A stretch of 64,000 bases of DNA from Callorhinchus milii (lineage: Eukaryota): contig NW_024704742.1 of the NCBI RefSeq assembly GCF_018977255.1, forward strand, positions 137,394,001-137,458,000, in the 5' to 3' direction. Numbering within the stretch: the first letter of the stretch is position 1; each line of letters begins with the position of its first letter. A program made the translations under genes and the position numbers. A model generated the notes under the pieces. It was not told the origin of the DNA and ran no database searches. It was given only the letters and a program-made list of their open reading frames with translations. Of this stretch, positions 38,134 through 51,235 are shown piece after piece.

Positions 38134-39300
38134 GGAGTACTGGAGCTTAGTGGTTATAGCACTTGCCTCGCAAACGAGAGGACCTGGGATCGATTCCTGG
38201 GCAGGGCAAAACGTTTCCTTACTCCATACGCTTCTGCTTACCTAGCAGCAAGTACATAAGAAATGCTAGACGAAAAAAAGACTTAAGGTCCACGTAGTTC
38301 GCCTTCTACCTTCCAGGCGGTCGCACGCAATAGGTGAATATGTACCGTATTCATAATGTTAAAAGAAAACGATCTAATCTGTGTTTGAAGGAATCAACAT
38401 TTCCTTCTTCAACCGTCTCCCTAGGGAGCCTGTTGCACAGGTTCACTATTTGCTCACTGAAGTAGCTTTCTGAATTGACCCTCTATCAATCGCAGGCCAT
38501 GTTCTCTCATTTTACTATTCTGGACTAGTTGAAACAGTCTATCTTGATCTACATTGTCTAGCCCCTTCAGAATATTAAAGACAGCAATTGTTTCGCCTCT
38601 CAATCTTCTCTTTTCCAGCGTGAAAAAGCCCAATTTAGTTAGTCGCTCCTCATAGTCCAGTGCCTCCATTCCCTCAATCACTTTGGTTGCCCTCCTCTGT
38701 ATCTTCTCGATCTTTTTGTACCAGAACTGTACACAGTACTAAGTATGGTCTCACCAATGTTTTATTCAGTGGCAGGATTACCCCACTATTTCAGCTTGCT
38801 ATTGATCTTTTGATACTTGCTATTGATCCTTTGATCAATAGCATCAACAAGTAGGAACCCGGTTGTTAGTCGAGTGGCAGATTGCTTTTCCGGGGGTAAT
38901 AATCCATTAAAAAAAATTCACTCAATATGGGACACTGCTGTGTGCAATTGACTGCCGTGTTTCACCCACAAAATATACAGTCTTCACTTTACAGTATATT
39001 CTGTGAAGTGCGTTGAGATGCCTTGAAGTCATGATAAGGTGCTATATTCTCTTTGACCGAGCCTTCAGCTCCCCTCTCGACTCTCTTCCCCCTCCTCGCT
39101 CCCTCCCTTCCCTCCCCTCACCCTGACCATTTCCCCCTCCTCGCTCCCTCCCTTCCCTCCCCTCACCCTGACCATTTCCCCCCTGCTCGGGTCATGACCC
39201 AACTGTGCAGCGCCTTGGGACGTCCTCCTGACGTGAAAGGCGCTTTATAAATGGAATCTTGTTGTTGTTGTTGTATATCAAATGCAAGGATTATTATTAT
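38134..39300 (+). mobile_element. SINE split by a CR1 (~38255-38825, minus) and an L2 3' end (~39049-39272, plus)
   Basis: SINE pieces are collinear. Junction duplications caagta and tatat. CR1 remnant YEERLTKLGFFTLEKRRLRG. Confidence 0.85.
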
Positions 39301-39351
39301 CAATGATGAAGTCGACAGGTATACATAATAGGTTAACCGGCAATAATATTA

Positions 39352-39555
39352 ATAATCTTTGCATTTGATATAGTGCTTTTCACGTGTTCTCGACGTCTCA
39401 AAGCGCTTCACAGAATAGACTGTAAAGTGAATTGACTGTATATTTGTGGGCGAAACGCAGCAGTGTCCCACAAACAGTCATGGATTAAAGTGAACAACTT
39501 ATTATTGATTTTTTTTCTTGAGGGATTATTATCAGGAGTGTGAAGTAGGGAAACC
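39352..39555 (-). mobile_element. 5'-truncated SINE, short form
   Basis: Tail and core in reverse orientation. Confidence 0.82.
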
Positions 39556-39559
39556 AACC

Positions 39560-41421
39560 CGATCCCCCATCTCCGCCGCTAGATGCCACTAAACACAACC
39601 CTAAAATCCTTTTTTCCCCACCACCCACTACCTCCTCCGTGCTCCCCTCAGGCCTCTTCAATCTTCATATAAAACGCCAAGTGCGAGGAGGTCATGGACT
39701 TCTTTTCATCTAAAATTCACAACATCCGCCAGGCAGCCTCATCCACCTGCCTCTTATCACCCACCACCACACCCTCTCTGTCCCTCTCATCCTCCCCATC
39801 ATCTGCTCCTACCACCACCCCCATCCTACACTCCTTCCTCCACATCTCTCCCTCCTCCCTCTCACCCACCATCACCTCCATGAAACCCACCACCTGCTGC
39901 CTCGACCCCCTCCCCACCAATTTGCTGGTCACCCAGCTCCCCCTCCTCTGCCCACTACTGACTGATGTCATCAACCAATCCCTCTCCTCCGGATTAGTCC
40001 CTGCTCCCTTCAAAACGGCTGTCATCACCCCCCTCCTCAAGAAACCTTCCCCAGATCACTCAAACCCCAGCCATTACCACCCCATTTCTAACCTGCCCTT
40101 CCTCTCAAAAGTCCTAGAACGCATTGTTGCCAATCAACTTCGCGCAAACCTCTCCTCCCACTCCCTCGTCGAACCCCTCCAGTCCGGTTTCCGCCCTGTC
40201 CGCAGTACAGAGACTGCGCTTGTGAAAGTCACGAACGACATCCTCTCTATCTGTGACCAGGGCTCCCTCTGCCTCCTTGTCCTCTCCGCGGTGTTCGACA
40301 GTCGATCACGCCGTCTTCCTTCACTGACTTTTCTCCGTCATCCACCTCAGTGGGATTGCACTCGCCTGGTTCAAGTCTACCCTCACAAACCTCCAGCAGT
40401 ACATCTGCACAAACGGCTTCTCCTGCCGCTCTCACCCGGTTACCTGCGGGGTATCCCAAGGATCCATCCTTGGCCCCCGCTTCTCATCTGCAGACACGGA
40501 GTACATTGGATGTGGACGACACTCAACTCTATTTTTCCACCTCTCTTTACGACCCCCAGTCCCCTGATGTTCTGCCTGTCAGATCTCAGGGGCTGGATGA
40601 GCACAAATTTCCTTCAGCTGAACGTTGACAAGACAGAAGCCATACTCTTTGGCTCTCGTCAACGTCTAAAATCTCCACCTACCCGATCTCCCCCTAAAAC
40701 TCTCTGAACCCGTACGCAACCGAGGCGTCAGGTTCGACCCCCAATTATCCTTCCTCCCCCACACCCGGTCCCTCACCAGCACTGCCTTCTTCCACCTCCG
40801 ACATATCGCCCGTCTCCACCAATACCTCTCTCCGAAAGCCGCTGAAGCCCTGGTCCATGCCTTTGTCACCTCTCGGCTGAACTATTCTAACACCCTCCTC
40901 GCCGGCCTCCCCTCCACTACCATCCATAAAATCCAGATCATGCAAAACTCTGCCGCCCGCATTCTCACCCGCACCAAACTCCGCTCCCCAATCACCCCAG
41001 TCCTGGCCAGACTGCACTGGCTGCCTGTCCCAGAGAGGATCGACTTCAAGATCCTCACACTTATATTCAAATCCCTCCACTCCTCTGCACCCCCCGACCT
41101 CTTCTCTCCTCAAAACAGTACCCGTTGCCTTCGTTCCTCCGGATCTGGCCTCCTCCTCGTCCCTCGAGTCCTCCGCTCCACCCTTGGCAGCCGTGCCTTC
41201 AGCCACTATGCCTCGAGGCTCTGGAACTCCCTTCCTCACTCCCTTTCGCCTCGCTCCCTCTCTGCCTATTTTCAGGTCTCTGCTGAAGACCTTTCTTTTT
41301 GACCGTGCCTTTGGTCATCTTCCCCCCCTCTCCCCCTGGCTCGGCCCTGGGATCCGTTACTGTAAAGCGCTCTGAGACGTCGTCCGGCGTGGAGGGCGCT
41401 ATATAAATCCAAGTTGTTGTT
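39560..41421 (+). mobile_element. L2 LINE, 5'-truncated, decayed RT
   Basis: ORF 39694-40707 FFSSKIHNIR..LDPLPT..FKTAVITPLLKK..PISNLPFLSKVLER..QSGFRP..STETALVKVTND and 40940 QNSAARILT..LHWLPV. Frameshifted; (ttg)n tail. Confidence 0.93.
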
Positions 41422-41967
41422 GAACACGAGTTGAACCCAAAACCTTCTGACCCAGATGAAAGTGCCTGCTTTCTCAGGAGAAGGCAACAACAACTTGCAT
41501 TTATAAAGCGCAGGAAAGGTAGCATGCCAGAACGCTTGACAGTGGTGGAGCACGACACTGAGCTGGATAAACGTTGGTCTTCTTTCATGTAGCAATTTTT
41601 ATGTTCAATGACAATTGAATTTTATGGGGTTTCTGCTATTCCCATTCCAAAATGCCATGAAGCTGTGATCAGGAATTATCATTCACTTTCTGGCCTCCCC
41701 CACAAATAATAGCCACGTGAGCGATGGAGCCCATAACATCACCAGATCCCAGTACAAGTCAGCAGCTTCTGACGAGGAAGGAAAAAAACTGCCAGGGAAA
41801 TAAAATCTTAAAATAGTCTACAACAACTACAAGATTACATTTGTGTAGTGCCTTTCACGTCAGGAGGACTACCCAAGGCGCTGAAATTGGTCTACTTGCC
41901 AATAAACCATCTTAAAGTGCACACACACAGGTCAGGAGGCTGGGTGCATATAACATTGGACTTTTCA

Positions 41968-42225
41968 TTATAGGAACATAGGGACAGGAGAAGGCCATTC
42001 AGCCCCTCAAGCCTGTTCTGTAAGATCATCACTGATCTGTACCTCAACTCCAATTATCCACCTTTGCCCCATATTCCTTGATACCCTACCCTAACAAAAA
42101 TCTATCCACCTCAGTCTTGAAAATTTCAAGGGGTCCAGCACCCACAGCCTTCTGGGGGAGAGCGTTCTAGATTTTCACTACCCTTTTGGTGAAAAAACTG
42201 CCTCTGATTTCACTCCTAAATAGCC
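41968..42225 (-). mobile_element. CR1-clade 3' end
   Basis: ataggaacatagg..aggccattcagcccctcaagcctg tail in reverse orientation. Confidence 0.75.
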
Positions 42226-44974
42226 ATAAAGCTCCGAAAACATTCACCTACAGAAAGAACCTCACAATTACTTTGGAAGCATTTAAAGGAATAGAAAATG
42301 ATTGCCTTTTACAAGTTGGTGCTCGCTATACGTAAAAAGAGCCTCTCCAGGGAAAAGAGGGAGGGAAATGGATTAAGAAATTCTTGCCAAATGATTACGT
42401 ACAAAGAATTATATTCCAGAACTGCAGTATACCATCAATTATCTCCCCTGAGGATTACCATCGCATACTCTAACATAAGTGTTAGCCAGCGATATGGTGA
42501 CAGAAAAAGCCATTAAGACAACCATGATCGTTGGCATCTGGGACTGCCTTTAGTGTGTAAGGCAATCCCTGGTAAACACGGGGACAGTGGTATAAATATC
42601 GCCAACACTGAGCTATCAACTGTGCAGACATATCCAAGCTGCTAACGGTGACTGTATCTGCTCTGTTCAGGGTAGCCTGGCCTTAGCGGATTCAATTCCA
42701 TTTGTCCTGAGGTGCACTTTGGGTGTCAAGACATTGCTAAAAGAGGAAGCTCCACTTTGCAGACACAAACCCAGAGCTGGGTCAGGTTCAGTAACTTAGG
42801 AGGAAGGCAATTCAAAGGAAAAACAAAAGCAATTTAGCTGCAACTTAGTTTGGGTAAGGACTTGAACAACTATTCTATATATTCAGGAAGCTTGAAAATC
42901 TATGTACATAGAATGATGCAGCACAGAAATGTGATGTTCAACTATTTATGCTGCACAGTCTAAAGCATCTTGCAGCATATACTGTCAAGTGAATTGACTG
43001 TATTTTGTGGGCGAAATGTCTGCAAGCATCTCGTCTAGAGTAAAACTAGACTAACAAAATTAAAACTTGAAACCCAGGACAGGACAAATACAACTTACAG
43101 TTACACACTTTCCACACTGGATAAACGTCAAAACAAAGATGATGGTTCCTACTAAGTAGAAAGGAAAGATGGAAGGAGTTGTTTAAGGATAATGAGCAAC
43201 GGCAAGGTCAGAAATGGGTATTTTGTGGGAATGCTTGAAGACTACTTGACTGCATGGGATAGTTTTCATACAACTTTCAGCTTTCTCTCCCTTTGCCGTT
43301 AAACAACCTCCTGAACAATTAAACTGCAGTGCCAACAATACAGACGCGCACTGGAGTTAAATTTAGCCAAGGACATTGTGAAGTGCATCAGATGACTTCC
43401 TTTACTCAGTAGACTAACATTGCAGTTCAAAAATGATTACGCCTGTCCTTGCCCACCTGACAAACACTGCAGTATGGAGGGAGCCCCCAGCTCAGATCAC
43501 AACTGCTGTGGGCCAGCAAAGAGACGCAATATGCTTTAGTGTCCCCATTCAAGTAAATGAACTATAATTCTCCTTGATTTAATTGCAGGTGTATTTAATG
43601 GTAAGAAAAGCAGCCATTTTGTCTACAGTCATAAAGCAAACAACCAATTTTATCTGCAAGATTGTTGGCCAGTACAGCATGAAATAAACATTCTACTTCC
43701 GAATAGAGTTGCAGGATACTTAACACCAACAACAACAACAACAAGATTCCATTTATAGAGCGCATTTCATGTCGGGGGGACGTCCCAAGGCGCTGTATAG
43801 TTGGGTCAGGACCCGAGCATTGGGGGGGGAAATGGTCAGGGTGAGAGACAACAAGCAGACAGGAGCTCAGTGCATCAGCACTTGTCCAGATTGTCAGTCT
43901 AGACCGTGAGCTCAAGCCCCACCATGGGGACTTCAATCCATGAAACAGAAGGAAGAGTGTTATTGATTGAGACTTGCTGATAAGATCCCCGATTGAAAAC
44001 ATAACAGTGGGGATGTGTGAGATAGGAAACTCAGTGTTGTCTTTTATACATAAAAAAACAAATGGTCAATTTAAAAATCTCAATCTACCTCCCACTCTAC
44101 AGTTACCAAACCGAGAGAATGGGACAGGTGCAATTACCAGATGAAAAATAAGTGTGATAATAATTTAAGAATTGCTAGACAAAAGAAGCCCAAGTGGATG
44201 AAACCAGCCCGTGGTCTGCTAGTTGGGATTCCAATATCCGTTGCCCAGCACATCACCTTGGAGCCAGTTAGAACTATAAGGAGACCCCTTCCCTACAGAG
44301 GATAGTCCAGCTGGTTGTTTGACATCCAACAAATCTTGCTTTTATATTCTTTTTATCATCTGGATACAAAACCCAAGGATTCCATTTGCCTTGTTTATGA
44401 CTGATCTTGGCAAACATCTTACCAGTGCTGCATGTGTTGAACTGCGCTCAAAAACAGAAGTCGTTGGGAACAGTTTTCAGATTTCCAGCTTCTCCAGTAT
44501 TTTGTGTTTTGAACTGTGCTATGTATTGATACAAAAAGAAACCATTTTACGCAACCATTCTATTATTTGCTTCTCAAGGTGCAACAGTGAATTGATTCTG
44601 CATTGGTCACACATTACAGAATGCTGGTCAAGCCGGGCGGGGGACATGGGGCAGGCTGTAGGCCGCTGAGTGGAGAGGTTGATATGGGATCGAAGAGGAG
44701 GAAGGGTAAGGGAGAGATTCAGGGGTTGTACCAAGAGGCTTATGTTAATTAGTAGTTAATTAGAAACACAACAGAACACTATGGAGACGAAATGCAGTCA
44801 TCCAAGTAACATGTATGAAAGCACATCTTCACTCATGTACATTTTTGGTATTACAAATCTGGATGAACTACTGGTCTAAATTGGAGTTACCATTTCCTGG
44901 GAAGAGTGTTAATGTTGAGGTACAGGAATGCATCTGCTGACTTTTCACTATTAAAACCTTCTCACCCTGGCACC

Positions 44975-45322
44975 TCCCTTTCCTCTCCAATCTGCTTACT
45001 CCCCAACCAACTACCTAATCTCAATTGGGTCCGACCTACTGCATGTCCCTTGTGCCTTCCGTTCCACCATCGGTGGCCACTTTCAGCCACTGCACCCTGA
45101 AACTTTGGAACACTCTTCCTCTATCCCTCCGCCTTGCCCCCTTCCTTCCCCATCTTCAGGTCGCGCCTCAAGACCTTTCTCTTCGACCGTGCCTATACAC
45201 CTTCCCCCAGCTCAACATTGTGCTCCGCCCTTATCTGTCATTTTCCTGCGTGGAGAGCACAATTTGTTGTTGTAGTTGCGTTACCCTGTGTGAGGGGCGC
45301 TATATAAATGCAAGTTGTTGTT
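44975..45322 (+). mobile_element. L2 3' fragment
   Basis: FSHCTLKLWNTLP remnant and tail ggcgctatataaatgcaagttgttgttg. Confidence 0.78.
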
Positions 45323-47883
45323 GGTATTTCTTTATGGGCTTATACATAATAAGAAGAAGTCAGGGGTGGGGGAAGGATGAGAGAAAAAGAGGATGGACAC
45401 CCTACTGTATCCCAAACCTTAGCCACTCTTAGGAAACCCTCAATTGCAATCCTAGTTGCAGAGCAGCGTTTATGTGGGACAAGGGAGATTCTAACGGGAT
45501 TCTTTATTAAATAACCCTACAGGTTTGACCTTGGTGTCAGCCACAGCAAATTGCGTGAAGCAGCTTGACAGAAATATTGGACCAGAAAAAGGCCACAGGT
45601 CTGATATCAGTAGCCAGCAGACCTCACATGTGAATATTCCTGTGGATTGCTTTCAGTGAACTGGGCAGGACAAAGACAAGCCCACATTTGAGAGCACAGT
45701 ATTGATGGGAGCTATGGATTGAACCCGCGAGGCAGATCTCGGTTTATAAAAAGGCTCGTCCGTCAATATCAACCTGATCTGAGCTGCCTCCTCACTTGGC
45801 CTCTAGTGCAATCATGAGCTCAGCTACAGATCGGATCACACGCTGAGCTGGGTGAACGACAAGCTCCTCCAGTGCCAGCCAGCAATGTGAGATCAGTGCC
45901 TCAGCACGGCACAAGGTCAACACAAAGTCCAAAGCACTCGCTTCACAGTGTGCAACTTCATTTAGAAATTCCCATTGCATCATAGGGACTAAAGGAAGCC
46001 ATTCTGCTGAGTACATCTATGTGGTACCCATCATATCACCCTTTATTATGAATCCCACTCTCCAGCCCTCTCCTCCCCACCAATTCCTTAATATTTTACT
46101 GTTGCAACGCTTGCCCAATTTCATCACACAGACTGTCACTTAGCCCATCACGCCTTTGCCATCATTAGATCACTCTCTATTTCTACTATTCACACTTTCC
46201 TCATATCCTGTAATCTCTTTAATGCCTTGGATCCAACTCCCTTTAGAATATTTCTATCGATCCAGCCTAGAGAGCCACTTTAGAGTAATAAAAGCCACAC
46301 ACTTACAACCTTCCTCCCAAAGAAATTTCTTCTCCCATTCTTCTGCTAACAATCGAAGCGCCTTGACATGACATGTCAAACATATCAAATGCAAGGATTA
46401 TTATAAAACAGAGACTGGGGCCCTTTGTTACCAATTTCCCAATTTAAGGAAATAGATTTTCTCTGTCTATCTTGTCACGTCCTTCAGAATCACGTCCCCT
46501 CTCAATCTCCTCTGCTCCAGTGGGGGGAAAAAAAAATTGAGACGGCTTTTTTTCCAATACATATATCATCTCAAATCACTAAATTCTGCTGCTATCACAA
46601 AGCGATCAGTGAAAGACAATGACGGGAATGTGACATGTATATACAATGTCCTTCTGAACCATGAACAAAAAGCCTCACGCTACGATAACAATTCATTCCT
46701 CCCAACCTGAGCGCTGTCTAGCTAGAACACTGAGCAAGGCGCTAGTTGGAGCAATGAGGCTGTTAAGAGCATCACTCTCCTCAACGTTACGGTTATTCTT
46801 GTCTAATACAACGGGCAGCGTTACACAGCACCTTCAGCGCATCAGAGAGCTGAGTCTTCTTGCAGTGTTGAGTTTTAGCTATACGCTACTTCTTGAACCC
46901 AGCACTGTAAAGATTTATTGCAAAAACAATGCAGAGATGATATGGTCTGAGGGGATCAATCAGTGATGCATGATATTGGGACAATATCATGAAAGTCAAC
47001 GACAATCAGCCATGTGTGTCTTTACATGGGCTTCAGAGCTGGGTTGGACGGCATGCACTGTTCCTCTCCCTGACCCTATTCTGTCAATGCTAAGTCATGC
47101 AGGGAAATGGCTCTAGTGTCTGCCACCCTGTTGAGGTGCCAGTCCAGGCAGATTGAGTGCAAGCAACTGAACCCCTACCCCTTTCCATTGTGTCTGAACT
47201 GTCACCCACACACATAGACACCATGAACCATCCCAGAATGTTAGGGGTGGAGAGAAAGAAAGATTTGGATGGAAATGGAAAGTGCGGAACCTGCCTTCCT
47301 CTCTCTCTATCCCACCCTAGCGCAAGGGGACGGAGAGCAAAACCAGAGGATTTAACCCAAATTTAAGTCATGCATGGATTTAAAGCAAATATTCAACATT
47401 GTTGATCAGTCACCTGAATTACCAAAGATTTTCTATCCCACTGTATATCTCAGAGTGCTGCTCAACCCTGGATAACAACCATTAAACATCTGTTCAAAGA
47501 TTTTTGTTTAAAAAGAGGAAAAATATCCTCCTCGCAATCTTCCTCCTATGTACTTCACTCTTCAAAAGCCACAAAAGATACTGACACCTCCTGAAATGCA
47601 ACTGGGTGAAACAGCAGGGCCTTGCTGTCTAAATATAGCTCACTGCAACACACAGGCACCTTAATCAAATCATGCAGCAAGTTCCATGCCAGCTAAGCAT
47701 TCGTTTTTCACTTCTAGAGCAGAAAGTTTCCCCCCAAATTATTTATAGCACTTTTGTCTAAGTTACAACTGCACCCACCGCAAATTAAAAACAATGGGGG
47801 GAGATGAGTAACTTAACATAACATAAGCGGGGGAACCACAACACAGCCCGTGTCCCTGGGAGTTAGGGAGCGAGTGCAAATAC

Positions 47884-48637
47884 CTGGGATCTCTGTGCTA
47901 ATGGTCCGCTTGCTGTTTCCGGAGCCCTCATCCTCGGAGGAGCTGGTGCTGGAGTCGCAGGTCAGGTCACTGTCGCTGGTGCTGCTGTCCTGCAGTAATG
48001 TGTACTTCTTGCGTGCGGCTGCCTCCCGCTTCTGCCTGAGCAGCCGCATGCGCTCCTTCTGCTTCTGCGTGCGGGCCTTGGACACCCGGCCATTTGGTTT
48101 GTCCCCGGGGCACGAGCGGTTCTTCTTGGGAGCCATGGCCGAAGTCTCGCTCTCGGACCTTGACCGCCGAGACTTCTTGCCGGCAGGCGGCGGTCCCCCA
48201 CCTCCTCCGCTCCCAGCAATCCCTATGGTGTCCTCAGGCGGTGCAGTGCCGGCCGTCTCGCTCTCCTCCACAGACGAGAGGGTGTCGGAGTCCGCGAGGT
48301 GGCCGCTGGAGGAGGGGGACACCATACACTGATTGGAAGAGTCACTATCATATGTACGACCGTGCTGCTGCTTTTCACTGTCGGCGGATGGTGGCTGGGA
48401 CTCCGAGTCCTGCCCGAGCTCCATCAACAGGCACGGCTCCCCCGACTGCCCGCTTGGCTTCAGCGGCAGCTCGGGCTCCTCCTGCTTAGCTGGGACAGTC
48501 TCTTTCTGGACAGTCACCACATTGTCCTTGTCGGCACAGTCTGCCTTGGTGTCCTCAATACCCTTGGCCGGAACCTCAGCCTCTCCCAGGCCATCCTGGG
48601 AGGAGAAGTCGGTCTTCTCCGCTCCTTCCATCTTCAT
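47884..48637 (-). CDS. ARK2N: ARK2N (C18orf25/ARKL1) first coding exon (exon 2; exon begins at 48735)
   Basis: Translation MKMEG...PCLLMEL...[16 protein letters not shown]...[12 protein letters not shown]...[36 protein letters not shown]...EIP matches recalled vertebrate C18orf25. Acceptor ttctgttctcttcag| at 48736; donor CCAG|gtattt at 47883; phase 1. Confidence 0.96.
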
Positions 48638-49251
48638 GTCACTGAGTCCTGCGTCGCTCCCTCTGAAAGGTCATAGAGCACGCAGGCGGGAGGTTGGGCA
48701 CGGCGCTCAATTAGATCTGGTGATAGTAGGGGCACCTGAAGAGAACAGAAGTGTTGGTTACAGTCAGCTCAGCAAATCTGACACAAGTAGAGCATCTGTT
48801 CCCTTTTACCAGAGCCCATTAAACTCATCTGACGTCACGATTACCCACAGCACATTTCTCCATTGCTGCTAGAACATGGAAATGTTTGGCTCATACATAG
48901 CAAGTCACCTCATTTAACATGTTGCCTACTCAGCACCAGGAAATCATCATGCGGGGGGTAGGGCAGGGTCTACAATTCTATCTAGGTGTTTCTAGACAGA
49001 CTGCACATTCCTTCTTTCAGTGAGCCGGGAGGTGATCTGGTACACTTCAAAAGTAGAAGAAAGTACACTTCAGTGCTAGATCAGTTCAATGTAGTACTGA
49101 ATAAGCTATAAGTGACATAAGGTACTGTGTGCGCTAATTCAGATGAATGTTAAAGACCCTGTATCACTATACAAAAGAACAGAAAAGAATATTTCTCTTA
49201 GTGTACTGACCAACAATACTTCACATAGGTCAGTCATTCTCATGGCTGTTT

Positions 49252-49557
49252 ATAATAATAATACTTGCATTTGATATAGCGCTTTTCACGTCGGGAGGAT
49301 GTCCCAAAGTGCTTCACAAAACACACTGTAAAGACTGTATATTTGTGGGCGAACGCGGCAGCCAATTGTGCACAGCAATGTCCCACAAACAGTCGTAGAT
49401 TGAAAATGACCAATTTATTATTGTTTGGTTTTGGAGGGATTATTATTAGGCTCTGTGTGGAGTAAGGAAACTTGCCCAAGGTTTCGCCCTCTGCCTGGAA
49501 TTGAACTCAGGTCTCTCACTTGCAAAGCGAGTGCACTAACCACTGAGCTACAGGACT
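49252..49557 (-). mobile_element. Full-length SINE, young short subfamily
   Basis: Nearly identical to 13361-13682. Confidence 0.92.
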
Positions 49558-49993
49558 TATGGGAGCTTGTGGGCAAATTAACTACAATGATTGCATACAA
49601 ATAGTCACTGCACTTGACAACAATTATTGTGAAGCTCTTTAAGTTGCTGAAGGAAAGATTAATTATTACATCTCCGGGAATGTGAAGCACACAAAGCAGG
49701 ACGCTTTCGGTGACTGCATTTCGCAACAGAAACAGCAGTGTGCTCCACCCATCCTACTCTTTGCTGTGTCCAGCCCTGCCCTTCCAGCAGGTCACTGAAC
49801 TCAGGCTGTGTGCTGATTGCTTCAGGCCCTGGTCCTCACCCACTCAAAAGAGTTTCTTAAAAAAACATATTTTCCAACATCATCCTTGCGTTTGTCTGCA
49901 ATTACAAACAAGTCCTCCTAGGGCGTTGGAAATGCTGCAGGACATTGAGTCATCGTGAATCAGAAAGTTGTCAAAGCAGAAGTTGTGAATATT

Positions 49994-50330
49994 GGGAGTC
50001 CTGTAGCATAATGGTCAGAGCACTCGCCTCACAAGCAAGAGGACCCAGGTTCAATTCTCGGGCTGGGCGAAACGTTAAGTGAGTTTCCTTCCTCTACATG
50101 CCCCTGTTCACCTTGCAGTAACAAGTCATCCAGTTGTTAGTCGATTGACGGATCACTTTCTAGGGATAATAATCCCTTAAAAAAATAATTTGGTCACTCA
50201 ATCCACAACTGTTTGTGCGCAACTGACCATGTTTCACCAATAAAATATACCGTCAATTCACTTTACAGTATATTCTTTGGAGTGCTCTCAGTGATGCGAT
50301 AAGATGATATCAAATGCAAGCATTATTATT
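49994..50330 (+). mobile_element. tRNA-derived SINE, long form
   Basis: Head, core and tail. Confidence 0.86.
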
Positions 50331-50929
50331 GTTAAAGTGCATTTCATCATATCTCCTACGACTGTAAGGGAGAAGAAAACCAGCAGTCAAACTTGGATTC
50401 ATATCAAATTGTGTCTATACCCCTGCCCACAACCTCCACCCTCATCTCTGGCCCACTCTCTGTCTCATTCTTCTTTCGCTGAGTCGGTGGCTCAGACTTC
50501 AGTTACTTTGCTACAACACATTCTAGAAGTTGTTCCCTGAATCCCTGAGGTGAATAACTAACCTAAACCAAACGGGTGTACGTCTCCCCGGTTTAACATC
50601 TCTGACAGTGCAGAACTCTTCCTAGTACAGCCCTGAATCATCAGCCTACGCTACAAGGTTAGATCATTTTAATGAAGAAACTCTTAACAGTTTCTGTAGT
50701 TCATTGCTCTCATAGCCACTCCACAGAGCAGATGCTACAATGGGAATTCATTTACTCAGTGATGGACAGGATTGCATTCAAGTGCGCAGTAATTTAACCA
50801 GATCACAATCACCTGTAAATCTACACTACTGTGACTCGTCTCCCGATCGTTGCTTACTGCTTCAATCCCACCATCAGTGGCCAAGGCTCAAGCCACAACT
50901 CTTAGGAACTCTCTCCCCAAATCGCTTGC

Positions 50930-51235
50930 CTTGTGCCTGCTTGCTCTGCCTTCATTCCCCCTTCTCTGTTGGCAGGCGGGCCTTCTGCCACTCTGCCCCC
51001 ACCTCTGGAACACCATCCCACAGTCCTTCCGCCTCATCCCCTCCCTTGCCACCATCAAGACCCATCTCAAGACCCTCCTCTACGGCCGTGCTTTCGATCT
51101 CCCTGCTTTCCCCCCCCCCACCTGCCCTCCACCCTCCCTGACCCCAACCCCCAGCTCGGGTCCGAAACTCTGCCTGTCCAGCCCCTTGGGACGTCCTCCC
51201 GACGTGAAAGACGCTATACAAATATAATTTTGTTG
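50930..51235 (+). mobile_element. L2 3' fragment
   Basis: LWNTIPQS...IKTHLKTLL remnant and the L2 tail. Confidence 0.82.

Noticed and set aside
39694..40707. 337-aa RT ORF as an active or domesticated gene
   Set aside because: Frameshifts before the catalytic motif and 5'-truncated; a decayed L2.
47850..48872. Plus-strand ORFs overlapping exon 2
   Set aside because: Antisense shadows of a GC-rich coding exon.
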